DNA of 30,440 nucleotides from NCBI GenBank assembly GCA_030141605.1, contig JAQGDQ010002458.1:1-30440 (forward strand), written 5' to 3'. Both the position numbers and the translations under genes were made by a program. The notes beneath the pieces were generated by a model, which worked only from the letters and a program-made list of their open reading frames with translations, made no database searches and was not told the origin of the DNA. Source of the stretch: Tubiluchus corallicola (Eukaryota; Animalia; Priapulida). Below are positions 9,547 through 19,359 of the stretch, one piece after another (the stretch's first letter is position 1; the number at the start of each line of letters is the position of its first letter).

Positions 9547-11094
9547 ATGAAAAAAATAAAATCATTAAATATAATAAAGCTTGCTAAAGGTGAAGATTTT
9601 ACAATATACTTCCTAAGCATATTAATAGGTATAATAACTGGTATTACCATGGTATTATACCGTTTTTTTATCAAATATATTTCTAATATTAGAATATCAG
9701 CATATGAATACTATAAAGAGACAAATTCTCAAATCTTTCTTATTTTATGGCTTATAATTATTTTTATAATTGCTTTAATATTGGGAATTATTGATAGCAA
9801 ATTGCCACTTATAAGAGGTAGTGGAATTCCTCATTTGAAAGGATTTTTAATTAGACAGTTTAATTTTAAATGGTGGAGGGAGCTACTTGGAAAATTATTT
9901 GGAAATACTTTAGCACTAGGATCAGGGTTGGCTCTTGGAAGAACAGCTCCATTTATAGGAGCTCAAATTGGAGATGGAGTATTTAGTATTTTTAAACGTC
10001 ATGATCTAGAAAGAAAATACCTTGTTTCATGTGGGGCAAGTGCAGGACTTTCAGCTTCTTTGAATGTACCTTTAACCTCTGTGCTATTTATAATAGAAGA
10101 ATTTTATAAATTTATATCTCCTGTTATAATTGCTTCAGTATTAACAGCTTCAGTTATAGGTGACTATATTTCAAGGTCCATATTTGGATTAAATCCTATT
10201 TTTAATATAAAAAATACTGTTGTTTTCCCACTAAAATATTATTGGATAACTTTAATACTAGCTATAATAGTAACATTATTAGGAAAATTTTTTAATTTTA
10301 TAGCTTTAAAATTTATGGATTTATATGACAACTTAATGATTCCTAATATGTTTAAACCTATTATACCAATATTTACAGCCTTTATCCTTGGTTTCTTTAT
10401 AATAGAATTAACTTTATCAGGGGATTTTTTTATAGATCAATTAGTTAGTATAAACTTAAGTATAAAAATGCTTTTATTATTTTTGGTAATAAAATTTTTA
10501 TTTACAATAATTTGTTATGGCTCTAGAATTCCAGGAGGTTTATTTTTGCCTGTTCTTGCAATAGGAGGTATTGCAGGAAAAATATATGCATTAGTTCTAA
10601 TTAATTACTTTGGTTTTAGTGAAGTGTACACGGCATATTTCATAGTAATGGGAATGGCTTCTTTTTTTACAGCTGTTATAAAAACTCCAATAACTGGAGT
10701 TATACTAGTATTAGAAACCACAGGTTCTTTTGACAACTTATTTCCTGTTATAGTAGTTGTAATGTTTTCTTTTTTACTTTCTGAATTTGTTAAAACAAAA
10801 TCTATTTATAACTTATTACTTAATAGACTGTTAGAAAACCATGAAGTTGAAAGTGATGAGGATGAGGATAAAACAGTGCTTGAATTTCCAGTAAGTCCTG
10901 ATTCTATACTCGAAGAAAAAAGTATAAATAGTGTTTCTTGGCCTAGAAAGTGCTTAATAATAACAATTAAACGAAATGGTATTGAAATTATACCAGAAGG
11001 AAATACAAGGATTTTACCTGGAGATATATTAGTCATCTTAACTACAAAAGCTGAATCGTCTTTTATAACAAATGAATTAAATAAATTAGTGTAA
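9547..11094 (+). CDS. ClC-family chloride channel/transporter with C-terminal TrkA-C (RCK_C) domain
   Basis: GSGIP, FIIEE, PGGLFLP, GMASFF, PITG, SIY motifs; C-terminal IKRNGIEIIPEGNTRILPGD. Confidence 0.9.
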   Translation: MKKIKSLNIIKLAKGEDFTIYFLSILIGIITGITMVLYRFFIKYISNIRISAYEYYKETNSQIFLILWLIIIFIIALILGIIDSKLPLIRGSGIPHLKGFLIRQFNFKWWRELLGKLFGNTLALGSGLALGRTAPFIGAQIGDGVFSIFKRHDLERKYLVSCGASAGLSASLNVPLTSVLFIIEEFYKFISPVIIASVLTASVIGDYISRSIFGLNPIFNIKNTVVFPLKYYWITLILAIIVTLLGKFFNFIALKFMDLYDNLMIPNMFKPIIPIFTAFILGFFIIELTLSGDFFIDQLVSINLSIKMLLLFLVIKFLFTIICYGSRIPGGLFLPVLAIGGIAGKIYALVLINYFGFSEVYTAYFIVMGMASFFTAVIKTPITGVILVLETTGSFDNLFPVIVVVMFSFLLSEFVKTKSIYNLLLNRLLENHEVESDEDEDKTVLEFPVSPDSILEEKSINSVSWPRKCLIITIKRNGIEIIPEGNTRILPGDILVILTTKAESSFITNELNKLV

Positions 11095-11163
11095 ACTTTT
11101 ACAATATATGAGATGGTTAATAATTTTAATTTGTAAAAATTTTATACTAAATGAGGAGGAAGT

Positions 11164-11643
11164 ATGAGTAAAAAAAATATACCTGTTGATTTACTTGAGG
11201 AAGAAGCAAACAAAATTTTAGAAGATATAGTAAAGTATAGGAAAAAGTTAGATGATGCAACTAAGAGACTAGAGGAAATGTATATTGTTATAGGAATAAA
11301 ATACTGTAGAAATGAGCAAATTAAAAAAGGAATAAGTTTTTTTGATAGAGTCATAAATATGTATTATGAAGATAAAAACTATAGGGCTCTAATGTATAAA
11401 GGAGTAGCTTTATCTGATTATGGCAGCTATGAAGAAGCTTTAAAGTATCTAGACAGAGCAGAAAAATTATGCAAAAGTGATCCTTTAATATATCTATCTA
11501 AAGGAAGTATATATGCTTTAAAGAAAAATTTTGGTAATGCTATAGACTTGCTAGACAAGGCTCTAGAAATAGAACCAAATTTAAAAGAAGCGCAGAAGTT
11601 AAAATATAAAATTATATCTGATATTGAAAAGGGAATAGTTTAG
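11164..11643 (+). CDS. Tetratricopeptide-repeat protein
   Basis: About three TPR-like units (ALMYKG..YEEALKYLDRA; IYLSKG..AIDLLDKALEIEP); GAGGAGG RBS. Confidence 0.8.
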   Translation: MSKKNIPVDLLEEEANKILEDIVKYRKKLDDATKRLEEMYIVIGIKYCRNEQIKKGISFFDRVINMYYEDKNYRALMYKGVALSDYGSYEEALKYLDRAEKLCKSDPLIYLSKGSIYALKKNFGNAIDLLDKALEIEPNLKEAQKLKYKIISDIEKGIV

Positions 11644-11656
11644 TTTTGGAGGATAA

Positions 11657-14600
11657 ATGCTAACTAGTATTTTAAACAACGTAGTCAAGGTAAAACCTAA
11701 AAAAAATATACTAGAAAAACATGATATTCACAACATTATTATTGATGAAATAGAAATTTATAAAAATAACAAAAGATTAGTTGTGTATTGTAAAATATTA
11801 GAAAGCGATGCTTTAATGCATTGCGGTAAAATAAAAAGCATAATAAAGAAAAATTTAGGAGACAATTTAGAAATAGAGTTAAATATTAAATATGATAAAA
11901 ACGATATTTCTGAAAAAGATATTCATAATATTGTTAAATATGCGTTAAAAGAAATTTCTAAAAAATATATTGTGATATATAATTCTTTTTTAGACATACA
12001 TGATTATAAAATTTTTGAAAATTCCATAAAGATAAATTTGAAAAATAAAGTTGCTGTTGAAACCTTAAAAAAAAAGAATATAGAAATAGAATTTTATAAA
12101 ATTTTACAAAATTTTGGTTTAGCTAATTACTCTATAGAATTTTTATCTGGTAATTTTGAAAAAAATATAAGAGAGTATAAAGAAAACCAGAAAAAAGTGC
12201 TGGAAAAGCTAGAAGAAAAACAAAATTTAGAAATAGAAAAAAGAGAAAGTATAAAAAAAGACCAATTAACCCCTAACTTAAACAAAGTAAGTAAAAAACA
12301 AAACTTTAATAAGAATATGAAAAGTAATGTTATTATGATTAAAGATTTTGATACAATATTTCCTAATGAAAAATGTTCTTTTGAAGGAGAAATATTTAAT
12401 ATAGAAATAAAAATAACGAAAACAGGAAATAAATTAATTATTGGAAACTTAACAGACTATAGTGATTCTGTTGTTTTTAAATTATTTTCAAATGAAGATA
12501 TATTGCTTAACATTGGAGATTGGATACATGTAGAAGGGCAAAAAAATATTGATACTTTTAAAAATAATGAGGAAATTCTTTTTATAAAAAATTCTAAGCA
12601 CATAAAAAAAATACCAAGTAAAAAACTAGAAAGAAATGATACCTATGAGTCTAAAAGAGTAGAGCTGCATGCCCATACAAAAATGAGTGAAATGGACAGT
12701 ATAGCACCTGTGGAGGATTTAATTGATAGGGCCTATAAATGGGGGCATAAAGGTATTGCGATAACAGACCACGGTGTTGCACATGCCTTTCCATTTGCTT
12801 ATAAGTATTCTAAAAAATACGATGACTTTAAAGTTGTATTTGGGATAGAGGGCTACTTAGTAAATGATGAAGTACAAATGGTTTCAAGTCCTAGAAGCAT
12901 AGCTATTGAAAAAGAAAAATATGTAGTATTTGACCTTGAAACTACAGGATTTGACCCTTATAATGATAAAATAATAGAAATAGGAGCAGTAAAGTTACAT
13001 GGAACTAAAATAATTGATAGGTTCTCATTTTTTATTAACCCTGAAATAAATATCCCTGAGCACATTACAAATATTACTAATATTACAAATGAAATGGTAA
13101 AGGATTCACCTAAAGTAAATGAAGTTTTAGTTAATTTTATAAATTTTATTGAAGACTGTGTACTTGTTGCACATAATGCTAACTTTGATATGGGGTTTAT
13201 TAGACAAAACTTAAAAGAAATTAATAAGGAAATTAAAAATAGTGTTATTGATACACTTTATTGGAGTCGTAATATTAGAAAAGATAAAAAGAGGCATGGT
13301 TTAAAATATATATGTAATGATTTTGGAATAAAATTAGAAAATCATCATAGAGCTATAGATGATGCAGAAGCTACAGCAGAAGTATTTAAAAAATTTATTA
13401 ATATTATACTTAGGAAAAATATATATAATTTAGATGAGATAAATACTGCATTTAATACGGATATAAAAAATGCTGAGTTATCTAATGTTATAATTTTGAG
13501 TAAAAATATAAATGGTTTACATAAATTAAATGAAATTATTTCTAAATCTCATATTGAATACTACAGCCAAAAACCAAGAATTCCAAAGTCTTTTCTTATG
13601 AATAATAGAAAAGATCTTATAATTGGAGCTTCTGCTAAAAATAGTGATATTGTTGATGGATATATAAGAGGAAAAGAAGATAAAGAACTAAAAAAACTAG
13701 CCTCTTTTTATGATTATATTGAGATTACAACTATTGATAATAATGAATATTTAATAAAAAAAGGTAGTTTTAAGAATATTGATGAAATTATTGAAATGAA
13801 TAAGTATATTTATCAACTTGGATCAAAATTAGAAAAATTAGTTATTGCAAGTGGTAATGTACATTACCTAGAGCCAGAAGATAGTATATGTAGAAAAGTT
13901 TTATTATACGGAAAAGGAGACAGGGAGTATAATCTTGAAAATGGTAGCTATTATTTAAAAACAACTAATGAGTTTATAGAAAATTTTAATTATTTAGGTC
14001 CTCAAAAGGCTCATGAAGTTGTCATAACAAATCCAAATTTAATATTAGATAGTGTTGATAAAGTGAAACCAATTCCTGATGGATTTTATCCTCCAAAATT
14101 AGATAATGCTGAAAAAGAAGTTGAGGAAATGACTTACTCAAAAGCTTATGAAATATATGGAAACCCATTACCTAATATAGTAAAAGATAGGTTAGAAAGA
14201 GAGCTAAATGCAATCATAGGAAATGGATTTTCAGTTCTTTACCTTTCAGCAGAAAAACTTGTAAAAGAATCTTTAAATAACGGATACTTAGTAGGTTCAA
14301 GAGGATCAGTTGGGTCTTCCTTAGTTGCTTTTATGATGGGAATAACAGAAGTGAATGCTCTTTTCCCCCACTACATATGTAGCTGTAAATATTCTGAATT
14401 TATAGAACATGAAGGATGTGGTGTTGATTTACCTAATAAGGAATGCCCTGAGTGTGGAAAAAAATTAAAAAAAGATGGTCATACAATACCATTTGAAGTA
14501 TTTATGGGGTTTAAAGGAGATAAGGTTCCAGATATTGATTTAAATTTTTCTGGAGACTATCAAAGTGAAATACACCGATATACAGAAGAATTATTTGGAA

Positions 14601-15964
14601 AAGAAAATGTTTTTAAAGCAGGAACTATATCAACATTAGCAACTAAAAATGCTTATGGATATGTAAGAAAATACTTTGAAGAAAATGAGCTTACAATACG
14701 TGATGCTGAAATTATAAGATTAGCTAAAAAATGTGAGGGCGTAAAAAAGACAACTGGGCAACATCCTGGTGGAATGATTGTTGTTCCTAAGGGAAAAAGT
14801 ATTTATGAATTTTCACCAATTCAAAAACCTGCTAATGACATGAAATCAAGCTCTATTACTACACATTTTGATTATCATGTAATGGATGAGCAATTAGTAA
14901 AGCTAGATGTACTAGGGCATGATGATCCTACTACAATAAAATTATTACATGATTTAACAGGAGTAAAACCAGAAGATATACCACTGGCAGATAAAGATAC
15001 TCTAAAAATATTTTCAAGTACTGAGATTTTAGGGATTAATGAATCTGATATAAATAGTTCAATAGGAACCTTTGGAGTTCCAGAATTTGGAACAAGTTTT
15101 GTTAGACAAATGTTACTGGAAACAAAACCAACGACTTTTGCAGAGCTTGTTAGAATATCAGGATTATCTCATGGAAGTGATGTGTGGCTAAATAACGCAC
15201 AAGGTTATGTAAAAGATGGCAAGGCTACTCTTAGTGAAGTTATATCAGTTAGAGATGATATAATGGTTTACCTTATAGATAAAGGAGTAGAAAAGGAAAT
15301 ATCATTTAAAATAATGGAATTTGTTAGAAAGGGAAACCCCAGTAAAGATCTTGAAAAGTGGAATGAATACGCCAATCTTATGAAAAAACATGGTGTAGAA
15401 GAATGGTACATTGAATCATGCAAAAAAATAAAGTATATGTTTCCTAAAGGACATGCAGTAGCTTATGTAATGATGGCTATGAGAATTGCTTACTTCAAAG
15501 TACATTATCCTCTTGCTTTTTATGCAGCTTATTTAAGTAGAAAATCAGAAGACTTTGATGTAGAAAAAATGAGTACAGCTGAAAAATCAAAACTTCACTT
15601 AAAAGAACTTCTAAACTCAGGAAAACAGGATGCAAAAACAAAATCAGAAATAGCTGTATGCGAAATTGTAATAGAAATGTATGCAAGAAAATTTGAATTT
15701 TTAAATATAAATATATATAAATCTCATGGAACAAAATTTACTTTAGAGAATGATAAGATTAGAATGCCATTAATTGGTTTAAATGGTTTAGGTTTAGCTG
15801 TTATAGAAAATATTGTTAATGAGAGAAATAAGAGTGAGTTTATATCCTTAGAAGATTTAAAAAGAAGGTGTAAAACTTCTCAAACAGTTTTGGATAAATT
15901 AAAAGAGCTTAATGCTGTAGAAGATCTAAGCGACATTAATCAGAAAAGTTTATTTTCAATATAA
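11657..15964 (+). CDS. polC: DNA polymerase III alpha subunit, PolC type
   Basis: PHP motifs ELHAHT and AITDHG, inserted 3'-5' exonuclease (VFDLETTG, AHNANFD, HHRAIDDA), GSRGSVGSS, PDIDLNF, KYMFPKGHA. Confidence 0.97.
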   Translation: MLTSILNNVVKVKPKKNILEKHDIHNIIIDEIEIYKNNKRLVVYCKILESDALMHCGKIKSIIKKNLGDNLEIELNIKYDKNDISEKDIHNIVKYALKEISKKYIVIYNSFLDIHDYKIFENSIKINLKNKVAVETLKKKNIEIEFYKILQNFGLANYSIEFLSGNFEKNIREYKENQKKVLEKLEEKQNLEIEKRESIKKDQLTPNLNKVSKKQNFNKNMKSNVIMIKDFDTIFPNEKCSFEGEIFNIEIKITKTGNKLIIGNLTDYSDSVVFKLFSNEDILLNIGDWIHVEGQKNIDTFKNNEEILFIKNSKHIKKIPSKKLERNDTYESKRVELHAHTKMSEMDSIAPVEDLIDRAYKWGHKGIAITDHGVAHAFPFAYKYSKKYDDFKVVFGIEGYLVNDEVQMVSSPRSIAIEKEKYVVFDLETTGFDPYNDKIIEIGAVKLHGTKIIDRFSFFINPEINIPEHITNITNITNEMVKDSPKVNEVLVNFINFIEDCVLVAHNANFDMGFIRQNLKEINKEIKNSVIDTLYWSRNIRKDKKRHGLKYICNDFGIKLENHHRAIDDAEATAEVFKKFINIILRKNIYNLDEINTAFNTDIKNAELSNVIILSKNINGLHKLNEIISKSHIEYYSQKPRIPKSFLMNNRKDLIIGASAKNSDIVDGYIRGKEDKELKKLASFYDYIEITTIDNNEYLIKKGSFKNIDEIIEMNKYIYQLGSKLEKLVIASGNVHYLEPEDSICRKVLLYGKGDREYNLENGSYYLKTTNEFIENFNYLGPQKAHEVVITNPNLILDSVDKVKPIPDGFYPPKLDNAEKEVEEMTYSKAYEIYGNPLPNIVKDRLERELNAIIGNGFSVLYLSAEKLVKESLNNGYLVGSRGSVGSSLVAFMMGITEVNALFPHYICSCKYSEFIEHEGCGVDLPNKECPECGKKLKKDGHTIPFEVFMGFKGDKVPDIDLNFSGDYQSEIHRYTEELFGKENVFKAGTISTLATKNAYGYVRKYFEENELTIRDAEIIRLAKKCEGVKKTTGQHPGGMIVVPKGKSIYEFSPIQKPANDMKSSSITTHFDYHVMDEQLVKLDVLGHDDPTTIKLLHDLTGVKPEDIPLADKDTLKIFSSTEILGINESDINSSIGTFGVPEFGTSFVRQMLLETKPTTFAELVRISGLSHGSDVWLNNAQGYVKDGKATLSEVISVRDDIMVYLIDKGVEKEISFKIMEFVRKGNPSKDLEKWNEYANLMKKHGVEEWYIESCKKIKYMFPKGHAVAYVMMAMRIAYFKVHYPLAFYAAYLSRKSEDFDVEKMSTAEKSKLHLKELLNSGKQDAKTKSEIAVCEIVIEMYARKFEFLNINIYKSHGTKFTLENDKIRMPLIGLNGLGLAVIENIVNERNKSEFISLEDLKRRCKTSQTVLDKLKELNAVEDLSDINQKSLFSI

Positions 15965-15968
15965 ATGT

Positions 15969-16007
15969 AAAATAAAAACCTAAGATTTATTCTTAGGCTT
16001 TTATTTT
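15969..16007. terminator. Bidirectional intrinsic terminator
   Basis: AAAATAAAA-A-CCTAAGA / TCTTAGG-C-TTTTATTTT hairpin between convergent polC and fadL-like gene. Confidence 0.8.
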
Positions 16008-16043
16008 ATTATGAAATAAATTCATATTCAAATTCAAAGTTTT

Positions 16044-17417
16044 TTAAAATTTATAACTAGCTGATACACCTATAGCAAATATTCCTTTATCATAGTTTAT
16101 ATTTTCAATTAAACCATTATAATCTTCATTTTGAGTACCTTTAGCACTTTTATACCATATTTTAGCAGCGTTAAGTCCTAACTCTAGTTTTTCATTATAC
16201 CTATACTTTACTCCAGCTCCAAGAATATGGGAGTTCAGAGCATACTCTACGTCACTATAAGTAGAATTATCTGCACCGGTGTCAGCATAGTTATAACCAG
16301 TTGTAAAAGTTAGCTTATCATTATAATCGTACTCTAAACCAAAATTAATATCATAACCGTTTTTATATCCTTCATAGCCATCTAAATTAGCAGATTCTAT
16401 GAAATAATAATTTCCTCCAGCCATTGCTTTAATTTTGTTTGTTGCTTGATATGACACACCTAAAGAAGCTACTCCTGGAAGATCTCTACTTCTTTTGTCT
16501 CCATCTTTATATTCAGTATAAATATCGCTTATACCAAGGCTTCCATCAGAAGAATTTAGTAAATTATTAATAGTGTCACCTAATGCACCTCCTAAACCTA
16601 TAGTAGTTTCAGTGGTTTCAGCTTCAAAGTCTAAATCAACCTCTGTTTCATATTTAAATCCTATATTCCATTTATCATTTGCTTTATAATTTAAGCCTAT
16701 AATTCCACCAAATCCATGTGCAGTTCTTTCAGAGTCAATTGCAAGTATATTGCCATCAATTGATAAAATAGAGTCACCATGACCTCCTGGAGTATACAAA
16801 GGGTTTATACTATACTCTGTATTTCCTTCTAATTTTCTAATGGCGTAAATATACCTACCTCCTAAAGAGGCAGAGAGCTTATTGCTTAATTTATAAGCTC
16901 CTCCTACTGTAGCAGAATAATATTTGTTACTTCCCTTAAATATAGAGTCTTCAATTTCTATATCTGAGCTACCTAAAGGAGAAACCTCTGAAGTAACTTG
17001 GTTAAGTATTTCGGCTACTAAAGCGACTCCTGGTACTCCATTTTCATAATCAAGAGTTGCTCCTCCAGCCACTCCTCCTAATATACCATATAGAGCGTAT
17101 TTATCTTTTTTATATACAACGTTTAGATTAGGTAAAAACCATTCTATTTCAGATGACTTATATTCATTACCATTAAATTCCATTTTTTCAACTATGTGAG
17201 AAAATTGATTTCCTATATTCAAATGAATGCCGTTTTCTAAATGCACAATTCCAGCAGGATTGTATGAAGAGCTTTCCACATTTATATTTGAATTTTGAGA
17301 AGGATTTCCTAAATAATTAGCTGTTTGGTTTTGTATGTAGTCAATGCTTGCTCCAAAAGTGTTTATATTAAAAACACTTACTATTATACCAAGTAATATT
17401 TTTTTTGCTTTAATCAT
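16044..17417 (-). CDS. FadL/OmpP1/TodX-family outer-membrane transporter
   Basis: Signal peptide, ASIDY mature start, YNPAG hatch motif, GGATLDY, C-terminal YKF; AGGAGG RBS places the start at ATG 17417. Confidence 0.85.
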   Translation of the reverse strand: MIKAKKILLGIIVSVFNINTFGASIDYIQNQTANYLGNPSQNSNINVESSSYNPAGIVHLENGIHLNIGNQFSHIVEKMEFNGNEYKSSEIEWFLPNLNVVYKKDKYALYGILGGVAGGATLDYENGVPGVALVAEILNQVTSEVSPLGSSDIEIEDSIFKGSNKYYSATVGGAYKLSNKLSASLGGRYIYAIRKLEGNTEYSINPLYTPGGHGDSILSIDGNILAIDSERTAHGFGGIIGLNYKANDKWNIGFKYETEVDLDFEAETTETTIGLGGALGDTINNLLNSSDGSLGISDIYTEYKDGDKRSRDLPGVASLGVSYQATNKIKAMAGGNYYFIESANLDGYEGYKNGYDINFGLEYDYNDKLTFTTGYNYADTGADNSTYSDVEYALNSHILGAGVKYRYNEKLELGLNAAKIWYKSAKGTQNEDYNGLIENINYDKGIFAIGVSASYKF

Positions 17418-17448
17418 AAAACCTCCTAAAAAATAAAATAACATATGT

Positions 17449-17477
17449 AATATAACATTTATTTTAGTAAGTGTCAA
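17449..17477 (-). promoter_or_regulatory. sigma70-type promoter for fadL-like gene
   Basis: Minus strand TTGACA (17477-17472), 17 bp, TATATT (17454-17449) with TG extension. Confidence 0.7.
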
Positions 17478-17717
17478 ATGAATAAGTAAGAAAAAACTTA
17501 TTATGTAAAGACAATTATTATTAAGAAAAAACTTAAATTATTAACTAATTATAAATAATAAATAAAGTGTTAAACTTCTATTTTGTAACATTTTGTATTT
17601 GTTTGGTATAACTCAAATTTTAAAAATGATATCAATTTTTTATAACTTAATTTCGTTATTTTAATACATTGTGCTACATTTTTTACAAGTTAAACAATAG
17701 ATCTAGATGAAATAGTC

Positions 17718-17746
17718 TTGACTTTTATGTAGTGATAGGCTATAGT
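17718..17746 (+). promoter_or_regulatory. sigma70-type promoter for lamB-like gene
   Basis: TTGACT (17718-17723), 17 bp, TATAGT (17741-17746). Confidence 0.7.
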
Positions 17747-17792
17747 ATAAGTGTTTAAAGGATTATAATTATAATTTATTGAGGAGGGTTTT

Positions 17793-19085
17793 ATGAAAAA
17801 GAAATTGACAAGTATTTTTGTTTTGGTACTTTGTATGGGGCTTTCAACAGTTGCTCTAAGTGAAGATGATGGATGGGAGATACATGCATATGGAAATATG
17901 GACTTTAGAGTAGATGAAAACTTTGCCTCTAATTCTAGTAATTTTGGAAAAGCTGATTTCTTTTTAGGAGTAAATGGATTAGACCCTAGCTCTAACCAAG
18001 TTGAAATGATTATAGCTAAAAAATTTAAAATGAACAATGGCTCATGGGCTAAATTTGAAACTAGATCAGAGTATGGTAATGGAGAGAAAGCTTTTTACTC
18101 ATCTAGTGGAGGTCAGCAAAGTAATAGTGAATATGATTTTGAATTAAAAGAAGCATATATAGAAATGGGAGGACTTTCTTACTTACCAGAAGGAGCAAGT
18201 ATATGGGGAGGTAGAAAGTATCATAATAGAAATGCTACAGCTTTATCTGGAGAATATTATAAGCAATCATCAGGAGTTGGATTTGGGTATGATAACTATA
18301 AATTTGGTCAAAATAAGGACAAATATTTAGGGTTTGCTGTAGTTGGAGCTGATCCTGATGCAGACTTAGGCCCTCAGGGAGACACTTTATTATCCTTTGA
18401 AAGTTATTATGGTGGAGTAAACATACCAGGTGGATCCTTAGACATTGCAGCTAAGTACTATCATCAAGCAGGAGACCATGAAAAAAATGAAGCTGATGAT
18501 GGATTTGGAGTTGGTGTTATTTATAATACAAACTTAAATAGCAATAAAAACTTCTATGGCTTAGCAGATGGTTGGTCTCAACACTCTATAAATTATGGAC
18601 ATGGTCTTGGATCTACAGCAAAAGGACTTAACTTTGGTGACTGGGTAGCTGGAGCAGATGAAGATGGAGACTCAATACTAGCAACAAGTTATGGAGTTGG
18701 TAATTTTGGAGAGAAGTGGCAAATAGGTACAGAATTATCTCTGCATATTGGAGATAAACTGTATGGTCAAGAAGATATAACAAGGTTTGGAGCTAGTATA
18801 AAACCAAGTTATAAAGTAAATGAGAATTTTAGAATGGAGTTTGGAGCAGGAATTGGAATTCAAGAATTATCAGACTATGAAGCATGGGGGAAATCTGATG
18901 GTACAGAAATAAGAACAGCTTTATCAGTTGCGCCAACTTTTACAATAGACAATGATTTTTATGGAAGACCTCAGATACAGCCATATATAACTTATATTAG
19001 AACAGATGATGATAACGGTTTAGGTCATGATGAAAGAGATAAGGACGAATTCTTATTTGGTGTAAAAGCTGAGATATGGTTTTAA
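17793..19085 (+). CDS. LamB/maltoporin-like carbohydrate porin
   Basis: Signal peptide, KEAYIEMG, SIWGGRKYHNR, SVAPTF, FYGRPQI, C-terminal FGVKAEIWF. Confidence 0.85.
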   Translation: MKKKLTSIFVLVLCMGLSTVALSEDDGWEIHAYGNMDFRVDENFASNSSNFGKADFFLGVNGLDPSSNQVEMIIAKKFKMNNGSWAKFETRSEYGNGEKAFYSSSGGQQSNSEYDFELKEAYIEMGGLSYLPEGASIWGGRKYHNRNATALSGEYYKQSSGVGFGYDNYKFGQNKDKYLGFAVVGADPDADLGPQGDTLLSFESYYGGVNIPGGSLDIAAKYYHQAGDHEKNEADDGFGVGVIYNTNLNSNKNFYGLADGWSQHSINYGHGLGSTAKGLNFGDWVAGADEDGDSILATSYGVGNFGEKWQIGTELSLHIGDKLYGQEDITRFGASIKPSYKVNENFRMEFGAGIGIQELSDYEAWGKSDGTEIRTALSVAPTFTIDNDFYGRPQIQPYITYIRTDDDNGLGHDERDKDEFLFGVKAEIWF

Positions 19086-19132
19086 AGTGATTTATAATAT
19101 ATAAAAATATATGTTTGCACTAACTATAGTAA

Positions 19133-19178
19133 TTAATAAATAGGTTGTCAACGCTAATGTTGATAATCTATTTATTAA
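19133..19178 (+). terminator. Hairpin downstream of the porin gene, probable terminator
   Basis: 20-bp stem TTAATAAATAGGTTGTCAAC / GTTGATAATCTATTTATTAA; both mismatches are G-U pairs on the + strand. Confidence 0.7.
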
Positions 19179-19359
19179 AACTTTGTACAGAGATTAATAA
19201 AAGTAATACTTTATTCATAAAGTGTTAAAGCTTTTATCAGTTACCCACTTTTAATAATAAAAAAAACTAATAAGTTTATTAATTGACAGAAATACGATTT
19301 TTTCTAATATTTTAAATGATAATATTATAATAGGCTGAGATATAAACCATAGGATAAAA

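Noticed and set aside
11657-15964. Intein or unusual insertion in PolC
   Set aside because: Length is typical for PolC, the insert in the PHP domain is the normal exonuclease, and no splicing motifs were seen
17418-17477. 20-aa N-terminal extension of the FadL-like ORF
   Set aside because: The TTG 'start' is the -35 box (TTGACA); the RBS and signal peptide point to ATG 17417
17480-17715. Rex or CRP-like operator between the porin genes (e.g. TTGTGCTACATTTTTTACAA)
   Set aside because: Spacing and sequence do not match TTGTGAA-N4-TTCACAA or TGTGA-N6-TCACA well enough in AT-rich DNA
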